Source of the DNA: Nageia nagi
Lineage: Eukaryota; Plantae; Pinophyta
Assembly: GCA_050084985.1 (NCBI GenBank)
Contig: JBITNC010000001.1
Span: 124,186,001-124,250,000, forward strand
DNA: 64,000 bases
Reading direction: 5' to 3'
Of the stretch, positions 54,163 through 64,000 are shown piece after piece. Each line of letters opens with the position of its first letter. Positions within the stretch are counted from its first letter, which is position 1. Below the pieces are notes generated by a model. That model worked only from the letters and a program-made list of their open reading frames with translations, was not told the origin of the DNA and searched no databases. A program made the position numbers and the translations under genes.

Positions 54163-56883
54163 CTACTCCAAAGATCTGAGTCTTTCTTCTTCAGCTTTCC
54201 TTTGCACAACTCCTTTTCTTGATTTCAATTTTGCATAACGATCATATGGAAACGGTGCTAAAATTCTAAGTCCATCCAATGCTTTGATGCAAGATATAGC
54301 AACAAATGTTAAACCTTGCCTTTCCCTTTCTCCAATATCTATTGTTGTTTTATTAAGTGTCAAACCTTGTGATTTATGTATTGTTAAGCCCCAAGCCAAT
54401 CGTAATGGAAGTTGACATGTTTGACCTCTTTCTATAGGTTATAATTGGAACAGCTTTACCTTCAAGTGAACATCCTGTAAAATGATCAAATTCTACCATA
54501 ACATATGTTGGTAGATCAGGTGGAGAATTCCCTGGTTTGTATACAATTTTTCTAACATATCCCAAAGCACCATTAACAAGTCTAGCTTCTGTCCATAAGT
54601 TAGATGTTAGCATAACTCTTGCATTATTTGCAATTAATAACTCAATTTCAAGCTCTTCACTATCACCCCCTCCTTGTTTTGTGCTCCCTGATTTTGTTGC
54701 AATACTACGTGCTACTGGAAAATTTAACTTGAGTAGTTGTAACCTATTATGATTAAAAAATATTCAATTAGTTAGAAATATATTAATATTATATCAAAAT
54801 TTAGCAAGTAATTCAAAATTCAAAAAAATGGATTTATTTAAAATAAATTCATACCTGTTATGATTATGCACATTTTTATTAGTTGCAAATAGATGAATAT
54901 TCTGATCAAAATCATCCCTTGTAGCGAATCTAGATTTGAATTTGTTCTTGTCATCAATAATTTCCAATCATCTTCAGTTGGATTTGCATCTCTTAAATTA
55001 ATTAAAAGTTGACGAAACCTTTTTTGATCTTCACTCTCTCCTTCTTGTCGAAATACTCTATCTAATGTTATAACAGTTGTGAACTTTTGCCATAATAATC
55101 TTGCATATCTATCAGTGGCATATGGTGGTCTATCCATAACAGGTGGTAACTGTCCTAAATCACCTACTAAAATGATTGACCTACCTCGAAAACATATATT
55201 TGATTTTTCTGGAAAACCTTCTCGAAGGCGATAATCTATGTGTTCCAACATTTTCTACCCTATGAAGCTCATTTCATCAATCAATATATATTTTACATGT
55301 TTCATATCTTCTTGAAAAGTATTTAATCTTGATCCCTCTAATTTATCAAAGTCTGTGATAGGAATTCGAAGTGCTCCATAGATTGTAGTGGCACCAATGT
55401 TGAATGCAGCAACTCCAGTAGGTGCAAGTAAAATAAGGGGAGAATGTTTTATAGATGGTAAGTCTTGAAATGCTTGATGAAGTGCTCCAATTAGATGCTC
55501 CAATTCCAGGCCAAACAATGAGTGTTATTGGTTCTGCATTAGGGTTGTTGACCCATGCACGAATTAATTCCATCTCCCTTGGTGCATTGGGTGGTTTACA
55601 GGCCATAGATGTTGTGTGATTAATGACGTTTCCTTCATCCATCTCAATTGTTGGACCCATTACTACATATTCATTCATATCAGAATTAAACTCCATATGA
55701 ATAGAGTTTAGAATGTTAAATATGTTTGTATCTGTATAAGCTAGGAGATCTCTTAGAACATCTTCATTAATTTGCACATCCTTATAAAACTTATCATTTT
55801 CTATCTTATACTTCAAAGCTTTAAAGACACTCTCTTTATTTACTGTGAAATTATAATTTGTACATGTTGATCTCTTCTTCAAACAATAATGACTGGTAAT
55901 TCATTTATAGGATGAGGTAGTACCTTCGTAATTTATTTCACTTCTTGTGGAAAGCTAATTGTATGCTTTTTGTACTTATATTGGCCTCTGGTAGCATGTG
56001 TTACTTGTAATATTGGATTGACACGTGCTGTCAACATTTCTTCAATTTGTGTTAAGTTTGATAATTCTGATGGTTGTGATCCAGGATCCATGTGATTTGA
56101 GGAAGAAAATCAATGAGGAAGAATTTTCTCTTGTCTACATCTATTACATGCCGGACCTTCAGTAGTAGATAACACCTTCATTCCAGGATAAGATTCTTGG
56201 CAAATGTAACACATCGATGGTGATGCAAGTTTTTGTAGTTGACTTCAAAATAAGGTTTGCATTTCTTTGAAATCTATTTGAATATTTGTATTAGTATGTC
56301 CATATTTCTATTATGATTTGTTTGATTTGCATTCATTTGTAAACCTTCTACATTTCCTTCTCTTAAACGATGTGTTGGAGGTGTCTCTCCCATTTCAGTT
56401 GCTTCATATTGTGTTTGTCTCACCACAATTATATTTCTAGCATTTCTTTCAAAAAAAGAGGATGCATCGGAAACACTTACATTATCATGAACATTATTAC
56501 AATGTATTCTTTCCTCTCTTTGACTATCTTCCTCTGCTCATCTAGCACGCTAAAGTTGGCAGTCATTCGCATGTTTTCTCCTAATCTCCTCAAGTTGAAA
56601 TTGTGTTTGATTTTCTTGGTTTGTTGTTTGTTGTTCCATATATCTTTGGCATGCTTCTTCTCTTTGATCTTCTAATATTTTTGCATGTGTTTCTCTCATT
56701 TGTTGAGTGTGTATTGCTCTTTGTTCTTCATGTTCTTCATTGGACATATTAGCACGAGTTTATCTCTTTCGTTCAGAATCGATTGCTCTTTGTCGTTGTT
56801 TTTGTTCATTTGTCATTTCTACCCTACATTTTGCTCGATTTTCTCTGTCTTTGTCTTTCTCTCTCTTTGTTACTTTCAGTCAT
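54163..56883 (-). pseudogene. RepHel-like gene remnant: charged N-terminus, Cys-rich/DUF6570-like domain, PIF1-family helicase; frameshifted; one intron at 54744-54854
   Basis: CYICQES..CNRC, MDPGSQPSELSNLTQIEEMLTARV, VFKALKYKIENDKFYKDV. Helicase motifs LAPTGVAAFNIGATTI, ILIDEMSFIG, ILVGDLGQLPPV, FRQ, NLWTEARLVNGALG, AWGLTIHKSQGLTL. The GT-AG intron restores the frame HNHNR/LQLLK. Confidence 0.92.
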
Positions 56884-57217
56884 TCTTTCACATCATCGTC
56901 TATTATAATCTCTGTGATATTATCTATGTTGTTCTAATCTCTGTTGTTCTCTTTGCTCTTCAGAATTCATTATCTTTTTCACAAATTTACTACAAAAACA
57001 TAAGAGAATACATCATTATATTTATTTAAATAACAAATTAAAGATATTTACATAATTTTCAAGCATTAATATACTTAAATAATTATTATTTTCTAATAAC
57101 TATTGTTGAACACATCCTAAGATTATTATTAAGATTCATGATATCATCGTCTATTATTCAATAAAATGTAATTACATAAAATATCTAAGGAAACCAAACA
57201 TTTGTCATCCTTATCAA

Positions 57218-57332
57218 GAGACAACTCTGCCATCATAGCATGAGATCATTTGGATCTTTTTAACATGTGAAACGATAAATGTGGAGATGAGGAGACAACT
57301 CTGCCATCATAGCATAAGATCATTTGGATCTT
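57218..57332 (+). repeat. 41-bp direct repeat, two copies
   Basis: GAGACAACTCTGCCATCATAGCATRAGATCATTTGGATCTT at 57218 and 57292. Confidence 0.95.
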
Positions 57333-58599
57333 GTTGCATATGACATATCTTCACAGCAGTAAAAGAAAGAACATTGGGCATGGCCCTCACCATTCTTTGT
57401 AAGTATGAACTGGAGAGACTGAACTTGTGTTCTTTCTTCTTTTAAATAAAATTTATGTATTTTTTCATCCTCTTAAATATTTTTGAAATTTTTTAGTTAT
57501 ATTTTTTATTATACCTATAATATTTTTTTTCTTATACCATAAAATTATAATATTATGACAAAACGCATACACAACAGTTTTCGGCAAGAGGTTTACCGAG
57601 CCCATCAAAAAACTATGGCGATAATGTGGATTCACTACATGTAATGACAACCATATAAAATAATGTTATGGATGATTGTATTGACTCTGTTAAAGTATAA
57701 ATATCAATCTACTTATTCAAATATCAAAGTAGAAGTGCATTGGCACTACGTGGTGGAGATGCATGGCAAATTGAAAACCATGAAATGTGATGGAAACAAT
57801 ATAAACTAAATTAATTTGGTATAATGGAGATTTTATGATCTTGTGTTGATTTTATTGAATAACTTTCTAATGAAAAGAAGGCATCAACAACGAATATGTT
57901 AGACCAAGACATGTAAAACTTTGTGAATTCAGAGCATTTTTTGATAAAGTTTTATGCGAACAGCAAGATAAGAAGTGCAAAATAATTCAGAGTATAAATT
58001 GTATGTAAAATAAGAAATAAGAAATATTACAGTAAAAATATATTACAATAGTAGAGAATTAACTTACAATAAAATTAAAGTTCTCTTCTATTTTTACAAT
58101 CTTTTGTTCCAACTTTGCTTGTTCGAATTCATTGCATCTCTCGATTGATTTGGGAATGAATTTTTATGATGTTTGATATTCTTCCTTCCATTTATATAAT
58201 AATTTTTAAAAGATGTGTCTTTTAATATTTCAGTTGGCTATATAATTTTAATTTTAAAAAAATTATTTTCCCACCAATTATTTAACGGACGGACTCACAT
58301 GCGACATTTTGCTCCCCCACTCCACCCCCCATGCTGCAGCTATAGAAACGCCTCTCGATGTAATAATGATAAGTGTGAAATTATAATTTCATTGACCTTA
58401 AAATTAGAATTAAGTTAAATTTAAAATATAAATTTTAGAAATTTAACACAAAATGATGTTTCAAATTAAAATGTTTTGATTGGTTATAATGGATGTGATT
58501 TAGAGGTAATTGGATTGCATTTATATTATTGCAAAACATGATTATCGAATAATATTATTTTTTATCAATCTTTTTAATTATTTTTCTAAGCCACAAAGC

Positions 58600-59590
58600 T
58601 TGTGCACTACCTAAGAAGCTTTTTTAAAGGAAGGAACAACTAATTTTTACTTGTTTGAGACCCATGTCATTAGCCTACAACTAAAAGAAAAATATTTACT
58701 AAAAGTGAATTTGTGTTCATCTAAGTTGCATCCTCAATTAGAATCATTAAGACCAACAAGTTCCATCTCATGAGTTGCATAGTAATGAATACAAAAATTT
58801 AGAGCATCTTTCAAATCCCTCAAGATTCTCTTATCATATTATTACAGGTAGATTTCTAGTCATCCAAGCTACCTCCCCAATTAGAATAACTAATACTAAT
58901 AAGTTCTATCTCATTAGTTGCAAAGTAATGAATACTAAAATTTAGAATACATTTCACATACCTCAAAATTTTATTAACATCCTTCAAATAAATTTCAAAA
59001 CGTTCATTCATATACCTTGAAACAAGAGGAACACTATAAGCAATGACAAATATCAAACTTCTTGCAATGCTTGTATAACATGTTACATTTACTTTTTAGG
59101 TCCATTATCCTTTCATGACACTTTTCCATGAGTATTAATAATAGAAACTAGTTTGCATTTGTCCATACTATATTTTTTGACATATATTAAGTATAATTTA
59201 TTTGTCATTTCAAAGGATCACCTTCAATTTAGTAAACATACATTACATAAAAGTATTGCACTAATCCCCAATCTTTTATTTTAAACTTGTCTATCAATCC
59301 ATTTTTAAATTCATCCTTCATCTCAAGCATCTAATTGTGTAAATAACAATATCTACATATAAATCTATGAAATATATGTAATTACTTCTCTTTTGGTGTG
59401 AAGTGTGGGTTTACAATACCATAGTTTTGAAATATGTATTTATTAGGGCATACAATACCATTGGTGCTTACTTCAAGCTATTATCAAAATCAACTTCTTT
59501 AATGTCAAAGGGTATGGGTACAAAAATTCTTAGTTTCAAGGATTATCTAGCTAACATCATCTTTAATAACACTTATTCTCAATTAAGGCT
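58600..59590 (-). mobile_element. Ty1/Copia RT-RNaseH remnant
   Basis: IAYSVPLVSRYM...VNKILRYVKC...YSNWGGSLDD; upstream YVDI and ALI-like RT motifs. Confidence 0.85.
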
Positions 59591-59608
59591 TTTTTAGATC
59601 TTTTCACT

Positions 59609-60457
59609 TGTTGACATCACTATTAGCACCACCCATCCCTGACTAAGGCTTTCCTAGGATCTTTTTCCTTATGATATCATTAAAATATGGTTTATCCTGA
59701 GAGAAGTTAAAAGTGAGATACTTATGTGATATCTTGGGTCCTATAACAATGACTTCATCACTATCTTTTTGCCATAACTTGTCATTTTGAATTATTTCCA
59801 AGACCTTTTCTTGCATGACATCAACATCAGCTTAAGAGGACCCTAGGAATGGATTTTATAGTGGATGATTGTAGATGTGAGAGTGTTTTGTAACTATCAT
59901 ACTCGAGATGGAGATATCAAAATATAGTTGATGATTATAGGGAGTTATAGAGTTTGAGGTTTTTCATGAACATGCTACCATTGAGATAAACAATATCAGA
60001 TTGACAATGAAGTCAAAAGAATGGCTATGAACAGTCATTGTATGTCATCCATAGATAGTTGGGGTTTGTGTTTTGCTGAGCTAAACCATTAAGGGTATTT
60101 TAGGATATAGTTATAATATTTATGGAAACCTTTTTTTGTAATCTACCAAGTTGGTGCTTGGCTAAAGGGTGTTGGTTCTCTTTTAGTGGGTGCTACAAAA
60201 TATGGAGTTGGTGCTTTATCTAGTGGGTGATAGTAAACTTTTGTAAAGTGGGTGCTTTCCTATAGAGTTGGATTTAGATAATGATCCAAATAGCCTTTTC
60301 CTAGGGATGTAGCTACGATGGTGAAACTCATTAAATGCCTTGTTATGTGTTGATCTTGTGTGTTTGAATGCATTTCAATTTTGCATTTATTTATAAGCCT
60401 CAAGTTTTAAGTATACATTGATTAAACCCCCCTCTCAATGTCATTTGTAGTCCAACA
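59609..60457 (+). mobile_element. Solo LTR (Copia/SIRE-like)
   Basis: TGTTG...CAACA inverted termini and a 3' ATTAAACCCCCCTCTCAA motif. No PBS follows. Flanks CACT/AACT are a possible decayed TSD. Confidence 0.7.
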
Positions 60458-60459
60458 AA

Positions 60460-61700
60460 CTTACCTTAGAATTCTCCTAGAAAATGACATTTTCATATTT
60501 AATAAATGTTACTTAAGATCCAATTAAAATATTTGATAAATTTTTACAAATCTTTCAAAAGATATGGATCATAATACAAGAACCACTATCAGAATCACAC
60601 GTCACATCAATGTTTATATCATGGACCATTTTCTTTCATCTTTTTTATTATTTTATTTTCTTTATTAAATAAGATTCTAATTTTCATCATGGTTAATTGT
60701 AGAGTTTAAATATGGTCAAACATGATTAATGGTAGGAATAATGGGATTAGGTATGGTAACACTCTTATTTTAAACCTACAATTTGAAAATATTAAGTGTT
60801 AGATCATTATACTAAAGAAAATGTGGAAATTTAAATTAAATAAACTAATACCCAACCTAAAGTAATCCTAATCCTATTAAAACTTTGAACTAATCTACAT
60901 TTGATAAACATTCCCCTTCCCCTCTTGACACCGAAGATTATTCTAAGTGATAGTAAGAATTAACTAAATCATCATTTACTTGCTAAGTGAAAGTGCAGGA
61001 ATAAAAGACCTTTCCTTAAGAATGTTGGTCAAGTAGTGGAGTTCATCAAATAATGCATTGGACATTAGGTGGAGAAGTATTTTCCATTCATTAGAAAAAT
61101 TGGAATTTAATACTAATTCAGAACATTCCCTCATTCTATCAATTGGACAAGGAAACTTCTCCAATGCGATAGTTAGGGTTTCATTTGAGCTAAGTAGTAT
61201 GCTCATACCTATTCATCATGGTCAACATTGGAGCACATTCATAGGAATCCTTCTTTTTGTTCTCCCTATCATTCTAAGAGTATATAACAAAGAAGTTAGT
61301 TTAATATTTTTTGATATGGTGCTCATAGTCCCTAGTGGCAATGATTTCATTAATACTTTATTTGAAACCATGAGTCTCCTCACTTTTTGATGAATCCTAA
61401 GCTAGAATGGATGGAATCCTATCAGTTTTCATTCACCTTAATGGTGGGAATGAACTCATATTTTAAGGAGTCATATTACTTACCTTAGAAGCATCATTTG
61501 ACATGGGTATCTAAGTAGTAGGAGGAGTTTTTTCTTTGTTGTTAGTGTTAGACATGGGGTTTTACCTATCAGTTAGGATTTTGACTAGTTTGTGCTCAAT
61601 TTACTTGTAATTAGAGTATTCCTTAACTTCTTTATTGATTTGTATGTAGCACAAGCTTGGGCATATTAATGTTATATGACCATTTTATACTTTGCATCAA
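60460..61700 (-). mobile_element. Possible LTR-element remnant (PPT plus LTR start, decayed gag/protease-like sequence)
   Basis: Minus strand AAGAGGGAAGGGGAA followed by TGTTTATC at about 60911; coding-like but unreadable sequence upstream. Confidence 0.3.
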
Positions 61701-63082
61701 TAGTCATAGGGTTTTGTGTTTATATTATTTACATTTATTTGATATTACATTCTAAAGCATATTTTGGTGTATAGCATGTGCATCTTGTAAATATGTTGAT
61801 TTTAGAATTGCTCTTATGATAAATGCTATGTGTGGTAATTATGTTTAAAATAAGTACTACTTTGGTTTTGTTGTAAACCCTAGATAAAGTTGAAAAGGGA
61901 CACTCTTTTTCCTTATTATAAAATGGGGATTAAACCCAATGTGATTACTTGAACATTGAACCTATAACTACGGGTTTAGATGGTTTGAGACTATAACCAT
62001 CAAACCTAGAGATGGAGAAAGAATAGCTCTTACAATAATAAAACTTATTTCATATTTGTATATATTGAACTATGAATGCTTTGTTGTTGTAATTTTAGCT
62101 TTAAATATATGATACTACATTTAAATGCATGAATATTTTCTACTAATAGTGACTATTGTAGAGAAGCTAGAGGATTTTCCTTAGAGATTTCAATGCAATC
62201 CCACCCTTATGTATTAATTGCAAGTGAACCTTCAAGAATTATAGGAAAAATGACTTCATTATGAGTTTCAATATATCTTTCATATACTGATTTGTACACA
62301 TGAAGAATTTATATTGTTAAGAACACCCACTTGGTCATTTTGCTATAATAGGCCTAGTTTTGAAACTAATATGAGTTAATGTTGAATTATGAAGTTATCA
62401 AATGGGTAGAATTAAACATTAGTAGACTATATAAATATTTACAAATTATGATTATGGTACATAGTGTACTTAGGATAAGCTATGAAAAAGTTGTATCTTA
62501 GGCTTGTGATAGTTGTAATGTTTAAAGACTCTATTCTAGTCTTATTTAAATAATATATGGAGATTCATATTAGATGAAGTATGTGTGTATTTCTTAATTA
62601 TTTCCATTCATACACTAGAATTATAAGTTGACAAGTCTATGGGATAAGAGTTTAGTTTGAATTTTATGTTGGACATAGTTATCTTATTTTTCCTTTATTG
62701 AATCTCATTGCTACTTATATAATCTTGAAACACTTTTGAATAAGAGAGGAACTTGGTTCATTATACTTGTATTCTCTATGATGGATGTTGTATATGATTA
62801 TTTAGTTATTTCATATATATTTATTGTTAACACATAAAAATGAATTTATGTTCTTAAATCAATAAATTAATGAAAACATGCTTGGTCTAAATATATGTCT
62901 TGAAAGTCTTAAAGTGATAATATCAATGTTTGTCTTAAATATGAATTTTATAATGATTATCTTGAATATTGCATATATTTGAATTTAAATTATCTTATTT
63001 ATTGGTATGTTTATCTTGAATGTTGTGAATTAGCCTTGGTTATGTAAATGCATCTGACCCATGGGTTGTATTATCTATTATC

Positions 63083-63504
63083 TATATAAATAAGGGATCT
63101 AATAGTAAGTCCACATATCAAGGATACACATGATCCCATGTATGGTCTTGTAGTGGCAACCCCTTAAGGTATCTCTTGGTACCACCTACAAGGCTATGGT
63201 TTGTGTACTTCCTTTCGCGAGCTATCCTGACATCCATGATCTATTCTGATATCACACTACTATCTGAGACATCCGTATTGAAGTTTTGGACTTGATCGAG
63301 AGGTTCAAGAATCATCAAACAAAGGCCATTGGTGCTCCTTTATGAACCAAAGAACACCATCGTGCTCTTATATCACTAAAATAGACCGCCTGCGATCTCT
63401 TTTTGCATCTTCATAGGCCACTACATTTTTGGAAGGGCAGCTCATCATCAGTACATTGCCAACATCTTCATCTTTCATTGTTAGGTACATTCCATGAGGT
63501 AAGT
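63083..63504 (+). ncRNA. Putative non-coding first exon (TATA to splice donor), antisense to PPR-like fragments
   Basis: TATATAAA at 63083-63090 and a strong donor GAG|GTAAGT at 63498/63499. CpG-retaining, no long ORF. The minus strand gives EDVGNV / DDELP / SKNVVAY and LFDD, resembling PPR EDARxVFDEMPxKNVVSW. Confidence 0.4.
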
Positions 63505-64000
63505 ACACAAATTATAGTCTTGGTTGGTACAATTACATTTCTGAATTGGTTATCTTATTCATTGTTATTAAGAATAAATTGCTATCTGTGGCTCAAATAA
63601 GATATATTGGGTTTGTAGATATTTACCTATTTATTTATTTGCACGCTCAATTTTATTTGTAAACACTTATATTATGATCTTTCAATGTGGAAAGTTAGCA
63701 AAAATCGTCATTGAGAATTCCATTATCTAATCAAATTCCTATTAAATTCTTTGACAACTTCATAGGAATGAGTCTTGTGAATGAAATGATAACTAAAAGA
63801 GCAGACTTTAGAATTTTAACATGTTGTTAAACTAGATAATATTTGGCTACATTTCCTTTAAAAAAAATTATGTTATTAGTTGCAATGTGTGATTAGACTT
63901 GTAATGCATCTTGGTGTATGTAGATATCATTAATAATGCTAAAGATTAGGTGATGTTTAATAGTTCAACTTGACTATAGTGATAAAGTGTAATCCATTCA

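Larger units (their letters stand above)
53826..58370 (-). mobile_element. Helitron-type rolling-circle transposon (DUF6570 + PIF1), internally deleted
   Basis: Contains a DUF6570-like and PIF1 helicase pseudogene, with a hairpin at the 3' side. The 10-bp motif ACATCGAGAG of the hairpin recurs inverted near 58353. Ends are inferred. Confidence 0.65.

Noticed and set aside
56370-57029. Hydrophobic plus-strand ORFs as membrane proteins
   Set aside because: They are antisense shadows of the purine-rich, charged N-terminal coding region of the helicase gene
57218-57332. CRISPR-like repeat-spacer-repeat
   Set aside because: Only two copies, eukaryotic TE context, no cas genes

Overview
Very AT-rich, CpG-depleted eukaryotic DNA, inferred to come from a large-genome land plant (gymnosperm-like by its retroelement content). 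No intact long ORF is present. Most of the window is old, nested and decayed transposons: Tat/Ogre-like, Tekay-like and CRM-like Ty3/Gypsy elements, several Ty1/Copia fragments, a solo LTR, a possible LINE and a CACTA-like piece. Other recognisable features are a plant-mobile-domain (PMD) pseudogene, a four-exon ELF1 (transcription elongation factor 1) gene with apparent lesions, and a DUF6570/PIF1 Helitron-type element. That element has lost its Rep region and sits next to a near-perfect 65-bp-arm hairpin. The most unusual signal is four CpG-retaining, ORF-less islands (about 15.0-16.9, 23.2-25.1, 37.7-38.6 and 63.1-63.5 kb) made of short scrambled PPR-motif fragments. Three of them carry TATA and splice signals on the strand antisense to the PPR fragments, and the duplicated pair keeps near-identical nucleotide blocks. 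This suggests, by inference only, a cluster of PPR-derived TAS-like/phasiRNA non-coding loci. All calls come from manual reading and translation; boundaries of degenerate elements are approximate.
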